Assembly: GCF_001194135.2 (NCBI RefSeq)
Contig: NC_069002.1
Location: 4,633,900 to 4,682,508, forward strand
Origin: Octopus bimaculoides
Lineage: Eukaryota
Direction: 5' to 3'
DNA: 48,609 nt
Within the stretch, counting starts at the first letter, position 1. Each line of letters opens with the position of its first letter. The position numbers and the translations under genes were made by a program. The notes under the pieces were generated by a model that saw only the letters and a program-made list of their open reading frames with translations, was not told where the DNA came from and made no database searches. Of the stretch, positions 1 through 11,821 are shown piece by piece.

Positions 1-14
1 TATATATATGTATA

Positions 15-49
<35 letters not shown>

Positions 50-425
50 AGTTATAGTCTTATGTTTGTATATGCGTACGTATGAATATAAATACAGCTT
101 TTTTACATTTACATATGTACACGGAGAACGTGTATGCGATTATGTATAGCTTGTATTTGTGTTCATGTACGCATATGTATATACGTATACATATATCATA
201 TTTTTATATATGTATGTATGTATATGTTTACACTCTCTCATACACACACAAACACACACATGCGCGCATACACATGTACATGCACACACACACATGTATA
301 CATGTGTGTGTGTGTGTGTATATACATATCGTATTGGCATCAAATGATGCTGTAATATCTGGAGGCTAAAATGATTTCAGCTGTTGTGGACATTACTATG
401 TTCGACTGAAGAGCAGCGGGAGGGA

Positions 426-542
426 AAGAAGAAGAAGAAGAAGAAGAAGAAGAAGAAGAAGAAGAAGAAGAAGAAGAAGAAGAAGAAGAAGAAGAAGAAG
501 AAGAAGAAGAAGAAGAAGAAGAAGAAGAAGAAGAAGAAGAAA
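426..542. repeat. (AAG)n microsatellite
   Basis: About 39 uninterrupted AAG units; source of the poly-K and poly-F ORFs. Confidence 0.98.
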
Positions 543-810
543 AGTACTAGAGTAAGCGTATTCTTGACGTTACAGTCATAACGCCCGCCCCCTGGTGGGA
601 TAATAGTGAAAAAGGGACAGACAAGCAAGTAGACAAATCTAAACAAAGATGTGTGCCGCAATGGTGGCTTTTAATGATGAACAGTTTTATTCTATGTACA
701 ATGTTTGAGCTCGTGACGATCCGTAGTCAGCTGGATATTGTAGAGGCTATGAGAATTTCAATTAGAGTCCTTCATTACTGATGTCTTTCTCAATATCTGT
801 ACATATACAT

Positions 811-1397
811 NNNNNNNNNNNNNNNNNNNNNNNNNNNNNNNNNNNNNNNNNNNNNNNNNNNNNNNNNNNNNNNNNNNNNNNNNNNNNNNNNNNNNNNNNN
901 NNNNNNNNNNNNNNNNNNNNNNNNNNNNNNNNNNNNNNNNNNNNNNNNNNNNNNNNNNNNNNNNNNNNNNNNNNNNNNNNNNNNNNNNNNNNNNNNNNNN
1001 NNNNNNNNNNNNNNNNNNNNNNNNNNNNNNNNNNNNNNNNNNNNNNNNNNNNNNNNNNNNNNNNNNNNNNNNNNNNNNNNNNNNNNNNNNNNNNNNNNNN
1101 NNNNNNNNNNNNNNNNNNNNNNNNNNNNNNNNNNNNNNNNNNNNNNNNNNNNNNNNNNNNNNNNNNNNNNNNNNNNNNNNNNNNNNNNNNNNNNNNNNNN
1201 NNNNNNNNNNNNNNNNNNNNNNNNNNNNNNNNNNNNNNNNNNNNNNNNNNNNNNNNNNNNNNNNNNNNNNNNNNNNNNNNNNNNNNNNNNNNNNNNNNNN
1301 NNNNNNNNNNNNNNNNNNNNNNNNNNNNNNNNNNNNNNNNNNNNNNNNNNNNNNNNNNNNNNNNNNNNNNNNNNNNNNNNNNNNNNNNNNNNNNNNN
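811..1397. other. Assembly gap (first of 14 N-runs; others start near 3758, 5393, 9173, 10745, 12152, 15170, 19025, 24992, 28675, 30841, 32820, 36688, 42256)
   Basis: N-runs, most long ones abutting (AT)n, (GT)n, (TAG)n or (AAG)n tracts; exons could be hidden inside. Confidence 0.98.
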
Positions 1398-1538
1398 ATA
1401 TAAAACAAATAATAAATGAGTATATGCATATATACGTACAGGTATGTGCATACCTACGTCTACCTGTATATATAGGTGCATATCTGGGTACAGGACATTG
1501 CAAACAAAACGTAGACAAGAATATATATATATAGAGAG

Positions 1539-1595
<57 letters not shown>

Positions 1596-2235
1596 TATGT
1601 ACATTTACATACACATGTGTGCGTGTGTGTGTGTATGTATCCAGGCATATGGAAAGTATACTGTTTTTCGTCATTCCTCCCACCACCACCACTTGATACC
1701 ATCCATTTCATTTTTCCCTTTCCACCCCACTCCACTTTTCGTTTCTATATGTCTCACTGGTGAGCTGAAGCACACATACATTGACTTCTAACGTAGAATC
1801 GTAACAACAATTTGTCTTTTCCTTCTACATCCCACGAGCATCGTCATCGTCCCTCCGAATTTCCCTCGTTGCATCTTACCGTTTAATGTCCCCGCTAGAG
1901 CGATAGGATAATTGGATAATACAATTTTCTTACATGTACGTATGTGTGTGTGTGTATAGCACCGAAGGAAATGAAAAAGGGGGGGAAAATTAAGGTTTTT
2001 AAATCGTTATGTTTTACTCAATTAAATCTAAATCTAGATATAGCAGCAAATATGAATCATTTAATAAATCTAGATTTAATTGTGTAAACAGACTGCTGGA
2101 TAAGAAAAAAATATTATTTTTTCCTTTATTTTTCTCCACTTTCTTTACTGCCTTACACAAAATAGGAAACCTACTCATCCAACGCCCTTAAAGCTTAAAC
2201 CACAAACTTAAAACTGATTTAATAATATCTGACTA

Positions 2236-2457
2236 AAGGCGGCGAGCTGGTAGAAACGTTAGCACTCTGGGCGAAATGCTTACCGGTATTTCGTCTATCT
2301 TTACGTTCTGAGTTCAAATTTCGCTGAGGCCGACTTTGCGTTTTTTTTTCCTTTCGGGGTCGATAAATTATGTACCAGTTGCGTATTGTGTCGATCTAAT
2401 CGACTGCCGCCCACCCACCCCCAAAAAAATTCAGGCCTTGTGCCTAGAGTCGAAAAG
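2236..2457 (+). mobile_element. SINE family A, full length, with 15-bp TSD
   Basis: Head ggcggcgagctggtagaaacgttagcac, box-B-like gagttcaaattt, body ggggtcgataaatta; AATAATATCTGACTA at 2221-2235 and 2458-2472. Confidence 0.9.
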
Positions 2458-2943
2458 AATAATATCTGACTATCGTCAACTACCCGGAGCCAATTGTTGA
2501 CTTGGGTCAGTGTCTTTGGCATTGTCGTTCTCCTTCAGTGTGCTGTCATAATTCTTCTCGGATCCTTTTCTCCAAATCGTCGGAATCTCGGACTCTTAAA
2601 TACTGAAGATGTTGTTTGTCAGTTTTCCACAGAATACTCAGGCTCCTAGATATGCCTCAGTTTAATTTCATACGTTGCTATGGAGGCATCTTCTCTAGCG
2701 AGCTCAGAGTCGAACGTGTTCTGATGATGTTATCTCTATCATGTCGTCACGGTCAACCTTCCGTGACATCTCGATGTTTTCACGACTGCTAGTTAACCTT
2801 CTGTGATATCTAGCTGTTTCTACAAGTTCCCGTGAAGCTTTACTATAAACAGCAATCAGCACAAGGACAAAGAAACGAACGGATTTATACGCTAGAAATA
2901 AGAATTCCTTAATACAAATACCAGCCAGCCACGAAGGGCTGAA

Positions 2944-3190
2944 TATAAACCGACCGAAATGCACAGGGGAAAGGAAGCAAACGCGTTTATATACAAGCGA
3001 AGAGATTGGTGCCGTAATATAAATGGCAGTCGGCCATAAAGGGTGGCTTATAAATCGACCGAAATGCACATGGAAAAGGAAACAATCGCGTCTATATACA
3101 CGGGAACAATTGAAGGCTTGGTATCAATGGGTTCAATATAAATCGACCCAAACACAGAAAGGGGTTGAAGAGAGTGCGTTTTTATATAAC
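2944..3190 (+). repeat. Three diverged ~90-105-bp tandem units
   Basis: Motif tataaa(t/c)cgacc(g/c)aaa..cac..ggaaagg..gcgt.t.tata recurs near 2944, 3049 and 3136. Confidence 0.7.
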
Positions 3191-3667
3191 CCAAAATAAT
3201 CTAGTGGTTGCGAAAATATCTCCAGATCGCTCTACTAGGCAACATATTAAATAAGAAAACGCAAGAGTTTACAAGTAATTGATATTAACGTGCCGAATGT
3301 TTACAGGTTATGGGCATCTCTGACATGGCTACGTGGTAATTAGAACTAGAATATAACACATTTGGTGATTGTTATAAATAAGCAGAGGAAGAGTAATGAA
3401 ATAAAGAAATGTAACAAAATTTTCAAAAATTTTCACAAAAATGTGTATTAATCAGAAAACAGCAGAGATTAACACAGCAGCAGCTGTTACTACATTTGAT
3501 TTATTTCTGTTCAATATGTAATATACATACATACACACACACACACATACATACATACACACATACATATATATTTGCATGCATGTATATATGCATGCGT
3601 GTGTATATATATATGTACTCAGATATATACATATATATACATATATATACATACAAATATATACATT

Positions 3668-3757
<90 letters not shown>

Positions 3758-3833
3758 NNNNNNNNNNNNNNNNNNNNNNNNNNNNNNNNNNNNNNNNNNN
3801 NNNNNNNNNNNNNNNNNNNNNNNNNNNNNNNNN

Positions 3834-3885
<52 letters not shown>

Positions 3886-4380
3886 AAATATATACATATA
3901 TATATATACGAATATACACATACATATACAAGATATATAGATATGCAAAACACACACACATATATATATACATATACGTATACAACCACACACTCACACA
4001 CATATAGTAGGATTTTTCTTCTTCAGAACATTTATTCTGATTCACAAGCCAAACTTATTTCCCATTACAACTGGTATATTTATGCTATTTGTAAATAAAT
4101 TGTTTATTTTTGTCGTTTATTTCTTTATATATTTAATGACTTTGTAAAATATATACCTGGTCGTACACACAAACAGATAAATTAAGAATAGTTAACAGAA
4201 GATGCAGATTTGATTGGTTGCTGAATAGATGTCAGAGAAAGCTGAATAAACGTCACATATTCATCAATTTATTATGTCCAGAACGTTATCCAAAATGTAT
4301 TTTGAGTAACCAAAATGTAGCCGGCACGAACACCATGCCTAGGACATCTCAGTATATCTCGAGGGACACCTTTATGCATA

Positions 4381-4481
4381 TACCTGATGTGACACAAACT
4401 GCACAGATTGATGAGACAATTAGATGCATAAGATCCTACTCATAAGGGACAGTTGGAGAATGGGTCGAAACGATCGTCGTA
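4381..4481 (+). ncRNA. Minimal type-I hammerhead-ribozyme-like motif (A9 to U variant)
   Basis: TAC-CTGATGT-GAC..(70 nt)..GTC-GAAAC-GATC-GTC-GTA: stem I TAC/GTA, stem II GAC/GTC, palindromic stem III loop, GUC triplet. Confidence 0.6.
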
Positions 4482-4620
4482 CTGAATAAAGACTAGTACT
4501 AAATCTATCTTCCGTTTTCTTCATCAATGACTATTATCTCAACTAACATTGTGGAATTCTTGAAGTAGATCCAGTGGAAATATACCCCACCAACTGTGGA
4601 TGACACCAGGTAGCCCAAAA
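4381..4620 (+). mobile_element. Probable Penelope-like element terminal fragment; second copy at ~39400-39570 in opposite orientation
   Basis: Reverse complement of 4465-4610 aligns with 39420-39563 (gtcatc.aca..gtatat..ccactgg.t.ta.ttca..cgatcgtttcgac); carries the hammerhead motif. Confidence 0.55.
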
Positions 4621-4709
4621 CTGTGAACGTGCTTTGCTCAACACACTAATTGACATATACCCATTAGTCCAGAAAATTATATATTCGTGTATTTCTATGT
4701 GTGAGTGTA

Positions 4710-4757
<48 letters not shown>

Positions 4758-4831
4758 TATACACACACATATATATATACTTATATATTTGTGTGTGTAT
4801 ATATATATGTGTGTGTGTATACATACACATA

Positions 4832-4903
<72 letters not shown>

Positions 4904-5355
4904 GTGTACGTGTGTATACGTACATACACACACGCGCGCACACACTGGTATATACATACATATATGCATGCATACATACATACATACATACATACATACA
5001 TACATACATGCCATCCAAAACGTGTTGGTTCGCTCGCGTCAGTTGCTGGCTGCCATGAATGCTATAGAATTCCATTTCTAATGATGTTTGGGAACTGACA
5101 ACCATTCTGATGCAGAAATAACACGAGACACACCGGAAGTGAATTTCAAGAGAGATTTTAATGTAACTTCCGTTACATTAAAATCTGGACCAACTAATCA
5201 ACATTACATTAGTTTAGAGACTGACATGAGTGATTCGACTTGTTGTTGTTGTTGATCGTGGTGGTGGTAGTGGTGGTGGTGGTGGTGGTGTGGTGGCGGC
5301 GATGGCGGCAGCGGCGATTGAGGTGACGGTAGTGGTTGTGATGGTAGTGATTGTG

Positions 5356-5392
<37 letters not shown>

Positions 5393-6298
5393 NNNNNNNN
5401 NNNNNNNNNNNNNNNNNNNNNNNNNNNNNNNNNNNNNNNNNNNNNNNNNNNNNNNNNNNNNNNNNNNNNNNNNNNNNNNNNNNNNNNNNNNNNNNNNNNN
5501 NNNNNNNNNNNNNNNNNNNNNNNNNNNNNNNNNNNNNNNNNNNNNNNNNNNNNNNNNNNNNNNNNNNNNNNNNNNNNNNNNNNNNNNNNNNNNNNNNNNN
5601 NNNNNNNNNNNNNNNNNNNNNNNNNNNNNNNNNNNNNNNNNNNNNNNNNNNNNNNNNNNNNNNNNNNNNNNNNNNNNNNNNNNNNNNNNNNNNNNNNNNN
5701 NNNNNNNNNNNNNNNNNNNNNNNNNNNNNNNNNNNNNNNNNNNNNNNNNNNNNNNNNNNNNNNNNNNNNNNNNNNNNNNNNNNNNNNNNNNNNNNNNNNN
5801 NNNNNNNNNNNNNNNNNNNNNNNNNNNNNNNNNNNNNNNNNNNNNNNNNNNNNNNNNNNNNNNNNNNNNNNNNNNNNNNNNNNNNNNNNNNNNNNNNNNN
5901 NNNNNNNNNNNNNNNNNNNNNNNNNNNNNNNNNNNNNNNNNNNNNNNNNNNNNNNNNNNNNNNNNNNNNNNNNNNNNNNNNNNNNNNNNNNNNNNNNNNN
6001 NNNNNNNNNNNNNNNNNNNNNNNNNNNNNNNNNNNNNNNNNNNNNNNNNNNNNNNNNNNNNNNNNNNNNNNNNNNNNNNNNNNNNNNNNNNNNNNNNNNN
6101 NNNNNNNNNNNNNNNNNNNNNNNNNNNNNNNNNNNNNNNNNNNNNNNNNNNNNNNNNNNNNNNNNNNNNNNNNNNNNNNNNNNNNNNNNNNNNNNNNNNN
6201 NNNNNNNNNNNNNNNNNNNNNNNNNNNNNNNNNNNNNNNNNNNTATATATATATATATATATATATATATACAAACATATATATATATATATATATAT

Positions 6299-6480
6299 AC
6301 TCTTTTACTCTTTTACTTGTTTCAGTCATTTGACTGCGGCCATGCTGGAGCACCGCCTTTTAGTCGACCCCAGGACTTATTCTTTGGAAGCCTAGTACTT
6401 ATTCTATTGGTCTCATTTGCCGAACCGCTAAGTTACGGGGACGTATACACACCAGCATCGGTTGTCAAGCGATGTTGGGG
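6299..6480 (-). mobile_element. Retroposon module C
   Basis: ttttactcttttacttgtttcagtcatttgactgcggccatgctggagcaccgcc..gttgtcaagcgatg, shared with about ten other copies in the window. Confidence 0.88.
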
Positions 6481-6659
6481 GATTTATATTTTTTTAATTT
6501 TTTTTATATATATATATATATTTATTTATTTTTATATATATATATTTCTTATTAATTGACATTTTTATGTTTCAGATTCTATATGTGACTGTTTAATCAT
6601 GCCATGTACAAAAGAAGCTTTGGAACTGTCTGAAGTTCAAAGAAGCAACGTCTGAATTT

Positions 6660-6850
6660 CAAAGAGCAACGTAACAACTGGGAATTTGACACAGAATGTC
6701 ACAAGAATCTAACAGAATGTGACACAGAATGTGATGCAGAATGTGACACAAGAATGTAACAGAACTTGACAGAGAATGTGACAAAGCTGGTCCTTAGAAA
6801 TTCAGGTACACGGAATATTTGCCAGACTGGAGCAACGGGACAACTGGGAA
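6660..6850 (-). repeat. Family-D-like SINE fragment with expanded ~12-bp gacacagaatgt minisatellite
   Basis: About eight degenerate gac.cagaatgt units ending in tgtgacaaagctggtccttagaaa, resembling 40127-40155 (tgtgacaaggccggccttttgaaa). Confidence 0.6.
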
Positions 6851-6929
6851 CAGAGCCATGATGGACGACGAGCTTCCAATCACAAAAGAGATATCATTAG
6901 CATCAACCATATTTGAATTATTCTGATAG

Positions 6930-7400
6930 GCTTTTGTTGATCCAACCAGCTTCCACATCTACCATTTCACTTTGACTTGGTTTCAAAAAATCTTCAATCA
7001 GCATTCGAACCATCAAACAGATTCTGACTGACTTTTGTCAACAAACGCGGCACAAAATTTGCAGCATCATTGTGCACCCCAATTCCTCAACACACACACA
7101 CTTCTTTTAAACTCCTGTGGCATAACTTTTACAGCTTTCTTTTTCGGTGAGTCATTCATCGAGAATCATTCAACGAAAAACGCTTTTCACAGGTAACAGT
7201 ACGCATTTCAAGAATGTGATCATCGTCCTTTGTCGTGGAAGGTCATCCAGTTTAGGGATCATCTTTGGTGCATGTTCTACCCAATTTCAAACGATGATAT
7301 CACTTGTGTCATTGCACCCTCCTCAAAGCCTGCTGCAACATTCGAAAAGTTTTCATGAAAGTTTTTTTCCTAATTTAAAAAGAAATTTCACACAAATACG
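6930..7400 (-). pseudogene. Decayed mariner transposase, N-terminal HTH region
   Basis: Minus-strand pieces KLGK, ETFRMLQQAFEEGAM, DDP*TG*PSTTKDDDHI, GVHNDAANFVPRLLT match the mariner DDPRSGRPST and AKFVPRLLT motifs; stops and frameshifts present. Confidence 0.82.
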
Positions 7401-7895
7401 TTACGCTTCCAAAACCCATACATCTCGTTCACCTGGCGACAATAAGCTATCAGCTCTAAACATACGGTCTCTTTCGAGCAGGTGCATAATCGATGACTCA
7501 CTAAGCAGATAGGACATCTGCTAGAGACAGCATGAGACAATAGTCGTGCTGATAACGACCATTGTTTTAGAAATAGGTGTGCACGGCTGTACTTGCACCC
7601 CTAGACAAAATGCGTGTCCTTTTATTTAATATCATGTCAGCTTTGGTGAAATCTTCATTCCTTTGATTATCTCCGCTTCTCATATGAAGCTGTTTTCAAT
7701 TGCCACTTGGTAATTGTGTCACAGTCTCTAGAGACAGGGATAATTTTAATAAATCAGAAATTTCTGTTCTAAGGTATCTGATAGACCTGTATTACTCATA
7801 TAAATGCCACTGGTCACTCTGAGTTCTTTCTCACAGCCTACTTTTGTTTTGTGTGTGTGTGTGTGTGTGTGTACGCATACATATACATATGTATT

Positions 7896-7935
7896 CAGTA
7901 GTACCTCGGTTTTCGAACACCTCTGATCACGAATA
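7896..7935 (+). mobile_element. Possible lone pogo/Tigger-like terminal inverted repeat
   Basis: cagtagtacctcggttttcgaac resembles Tigger-type ends; no partner TIR found. Confidence 0.3.
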
Positions 7936-8733
7936 GATCGTACTTTATATATATACATACATACATACATATATATATGCATGCGTGCATGTATGTATGT
8001 ATCATACTGTCGAATCAATAAACTAAAGAGAAAAAGAGAGAAAAGGAACATAGATCAAAGAAAAAGAGTATGGCTCAGAATCGTGTTTTTTCGACAACTT
8101 CCGCTAAAGTTCGCCTTCCTGCCGAAAATACGTTACAGCTGCTATATCTATCAATCAAAATTTGTACTGCTAACTCAGTGCTGGGTGAAAGCTCTCCTTG
8201 TATTTCTTCATAAGTTTCGGTTTAAATTTCCAGTTTATATTCTCCAGTTTTTGGTCAGATTTATCAAAATCATCTTTCTGTCTTGGAGTTGTTTATGGAA
8301 AAGGGGGTTAGCTTCTAGGAAAGGAAGAAGCTAATTTTCATATCTGTCTTAGTTTGAGAACTGTTATAAAAAATACGCATTCTGCAGTTAACGAAGCATG
8401 AAAACTAAAATATTCAATATACTAAATCATATAATCATATACACAAGAGCAGGCGATATTATTTCAGGTAACGAAGCGAGAATAGTTTTTTTTAATTTAT
8501 TGATATTACAATCGTAATGAGAGTAAAAGTCATTAAAAAGAATGGTAATTATTTTCAGATAATATTATATTACAGATAATATCATTTTCTGATAATATTA
8601 ATTATATTTCAGTCAATGAAAAGTTGAGAAGAGATAAACGGGAGGAAAAGTGGTAACTTTAATTTCCAACAGCCATTACGACTCGGGACAGGTTTCTGCC
8701 GAGTTAAACCTGTCTGTGTATATATATACATGC

Positions 8734-8797
<64 letters not shown>

Positions 8798-8799
<2 letters not shown>

Positions 8800-8935
8800 T
8801 CTTTCACTTGTTACAGTCATTTGACTGCGGCTATGCTGGAGCACCGCCTATAGTCGAATTTAGTAGAAGACACTTGCCCAGGGTTCCACGGAGTGGGACT
8901 GAACCCGGAATCATGTGGTTGGGAAGCAAGCTATG
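8798..8935 (-). mobile_element. Truncated composite of SINE B head and module C tail
   Basis: C segment gactgcggctatgctggagcaccgcc joined to the reverse complement of the B head (gggactgaacccggaatcatgtggttgggaagcaagct). Confidence 0.8.
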
Positions 8936-9133
8936 TATATATATATATATGTGTGTGTGTGTATACATGTATTTATATGTATACATGTATTTATATAAAT
9001 ACATATGTACATACATACAAACATACATACATACGTACATACGTTCATACATATATGTATGTGCGTGTCTATACACACGCAGAACAATTGTACACGCACT
9101 TAAGAACATTTGTAAAGGTACACAAACGCACTA

Positions 9134-9172
<39 letters not shown>

Positions 9173-9844
9173 NNNNNNNNNNNNNNNNNNNNNNNNNNNN
9201 NNNNNNNNNNNNNNNNNNNNNNNNNNNNNNNNNNNNNNNNNNNNNNNNNNNNNNNNNNNNNNNNNNNNNNNNNNNNNNNNNNNNNNNNNNNNNNNNNNNN
9301 NNNNNNNNNNNNNNNNNNNNNNNNNNNNNNNNNNNNNNNNNNNNNNNNNNNNNNNNNNNNNNNNNNNNNNNNNNNNNNNNNNNNNNNNNNNNNNNNNNNN
9401 NNNNNNNNNNNNNNNNNNNNNNNNNNNNNNNNNNNNNNNNNNNNNNNNNNNNNNNNNNNNNNNNNNNNNNNNNNNNNNNNNNNNNNNNNNNNNNNNNNNN
9501 NNNNNNNNNNNNNNNNNNNNNNNNNNNNNNNNNNNNNNNNNNNNNNNNNNNNNNNNNNNNNNNNNNNNNNNNNNNNNNNNNNNNNNNNNNNNNNNNNNNN
9601 NNNNNNNNNNNNNNNNGTCTAAATAAATAGTTCCTTCCTTGTTTTCGTTATTCCCCTCCACCACCACCACAAACACCACACCCGCCCCAGCACCTCCACT
9701 CGACTCTACCAGGTAACCCTCTACAGGCGATCTCCCCCCCCCTACCGTCCGTACTCTCATTCCCCGCCGCCACGATTGGCGAAGGAAGGTCGGATGTTCG
9801 GGTTGTGGCTGTATAAGGTAGGGAATTTTTAGTTAGGCTTCATA

Positions 9845-10070
9845 AGGTGCCATGTTTGGCTGTGTGGTAAGTCGTTTGTTTTCTCAACTGCATGGTTCCG
9901 GGTTCAGTCACACTGCATGGCACCTTGGGCAAATGCCTTCAACTATAAGCCTAGAGCCAACCAAAGCCATGTGAGGGGATTTGGTAGACGGAAACTGAAA
10001 GAAGCCCGTCGTACATGTATATGTGAAAGTGTGTGTGTATCTCCTACCACCGTTTGACAAGCGATGTCAA
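9845..10070 (+). mobile_element. tRNA-derived SINE family B
   Basis: Box A tggctgtgtggtaag, box B gggttcagtc, body gcaccttgggcaaatg..gatttggtagacggaaactgaaagaagcccgtcg. Confidence 0.88.
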
Positions 10071-10072
10071 AT

Positions 10073-10121
<49 letters not shown>

Positions 10122-10216
10122 TGCTTAATCGTACATGTGTGTGTGTGTGGGTATGTATGTATGTATATTTATATATATTTACATAATACACACACACACA
10201 CACACATATAAGAGAA

Positions 10217-10465
10217 GAGATGACAAAAGAATAAAAGATTACCTGATGAACTTCATTAGCATACAGCTGTTTCCGCTATGAGATGTGATGGACCTCGTAG
10301 CTGAGTGCCTGAGTAACTCCTTACAGTTTCATCAGAGCCTCAAACATGATGATGCTATAAGGCTTTACTCAGGCACTCAACCATGAGTCCACCGCATCTT
10401 GTAGCAGAAACAGCTGTAAGCTAATGAAATATTCATAGGATAATCCTTTATTCCTTTGTCATCTC
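10217..10465. mobile_element. Back-to-back inverted pair of hammerhead-containing Penelope-like terminal repeats
   Basis: 10217-10335 is the diverged reverse complement of 10346-10465; each arm reads TGATGA..stem II..GAAAC-AGCT-GTA outward; 10-nt spacer; third partial copy at 42580-42674. Confidence 0.75.
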
Positions 10466-10686
10466 ATTTTCTTATTACCGCTCTTTACTCGACACCAGGT
10501 TGTTAATTTTGCAATGCTTAAGGAAAATGCGCGTGCGTGCATGTATGTATACTCTGAGATTATCTAAAGGGCTTTCAAGACAATGAGGAGTAGTGAAGAT
10601 AGGAACAAGAAGGCACGGAAGGATTGTGGGTGGAGGCAGATAGAACAGATTGGAGGATACATACATATATATATACATATATACAA

Positions 10687-10744
<58 letters not shown>

Positions 10745-10897
10745 NNNNNNNNNNNNNNNNNNNNNNNNNNNNNNNNNNNNNNNNNNNNNNNNNNNNNNNN
10801 NNNNNNNNNNNNNNNNNNNNNNNNNNNNNNNNNNNNNNNNNNNNNNNNNNNNNNNNNNNNNNNNNNNNNNNNNNNNNNNNNNNNNNNNNNNNNNNNN

Positions 10898-10985
10898 AAG
10901 AAGAAGAAGAAGAAGAAGAAGAAGAAGAAGAAGAAGAAGAAGAAGAAGAAGAAGAAGAAGAAGAAGAAGAAGAAGAAGAAGAAGA
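10898..10985. repeat. (AAG)n microsatellite next to a gap
   Basis: Direct inspection; source of the poly-E, poly-K and poly-R ORFs. Confidence 0.97.
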
Positions 10986-11344
10986 CGAGGAGGGTAGTAG
11001 AGTGGTGGGAGATAGAGCCCTAAAAATGGCGCGTTTCTTTCAAGATGCCAAATAGTTGTCCTCCTGTGGTGTCTTGAAGAGGGAATCAACCAGCCAGATA
11101 TTTGGTACAGTGCCAGAAAACCCGGAAAACCGGAAAAGAATAGGATTTCTTCAACGCTTTTGTTTCAAAAAAATCCCTTTTTCTGTCTTTCTCTCTCTCT
11201 CTCTCCCTCTCTTTCCATTCATCATCTTCTCCCTCCTCCTCTGGCTCTTCTTCATCATTCTCTGCATCTCCGGTTCGAGCCCCCATCCCATTCACCCAGG
11301 TCCCGCATTGTTCTTATCATAAATACTTGAACTTATATTAATTT

Positions 11345-11740
11345 CCCTATGACTACCACCACAACCACCACCACTACCACCCATACCACCACCACTACCA
11401 CCCATACCACCACCATCACCACCATCACTACCACCACCAACACCACTACCACTACTACTGCTATTACTACAGCCATTACCACATTTAGCAATAAAGCTGC
11501 TACAACAGCCACCACCTTACCCACCTTCAACCCATCATCACTATCACTACTACTACCACCACTACAACAATTACTACCACTACTACTACTATCCCAATAC
11601 AATTGCTACTACCACCATCAGCACTACAACCAATCGCTCACTACCACCAACACCACAATCACAATCACCACCACGATCAAGAAATTACGACCACTACTAC
11701 AACTTCTATCAATATTGCCATCACCAACGCAGTAACCCCG
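11345..11740. repeat. Cryptic (ACC/ACT)n trinucleotide tract (similar tracts at 5250-5392 and 22800-23260)
   Basis: Degenerate triplet repeats giving poly-T and poly-V ORFs. Confidence 0.9.
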
Positions 11741-11764
11741 TATGGCCACCACGCCCTACCATAC

Positions 11765-11821
11765 CTCCACACAATATATAAAGAAGAAAGGGGTCCACTC
11801 AGCTGTGGAAATGGCGAAGAT
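11765..11821 (-). CDS. Candidate internal exon, 57 nt, IFAISTAEWTPFFFIYCVE in phase 0
   Basis: Acceptor cgtttcttcag, donor GAG/gtatgg, length divisible by 3, non-repetitive island. A phase-2 frame is also open. Confidence 0.4.

Noticed and set aside
758-795. DIEKDISNEGL-stop as a last exon
   Set aside because: Weak acceptor next to a gap; no supporting phase chain.
2704-2842. Possible minus-strand terminal exon KASRELVETARYHRR..HVRL
   Set aside because: Contains a ~41-bp tandem duplication whose copies fall in different frames, and its supposed upstream exon is a repeat.
4540-4620. Apparent minus-strand exon (LGYLVSSTVGGVYFHWIYFKN, or thioredoxin-like FWATWCHP)
   Set aside because: All three frames are open, the acceptor is weak, and the segment is homologous to 39420-39500, so it is a dispersed repeat.
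7981-8334. 117-aa plus ORF and minus-strand partial frames
   Set aside because: Starts in a microsatellite; stops in the alternative frames; no motif or splice support.
11044-11103. Possible 60-nt plus exon CQIVVLLWCLEEGINQPDI, or a minus terminal exon TPQEDNYLAS
   Set aside because: Plausible splice signals on both strands, weak donor; cannot choose without transcripts.
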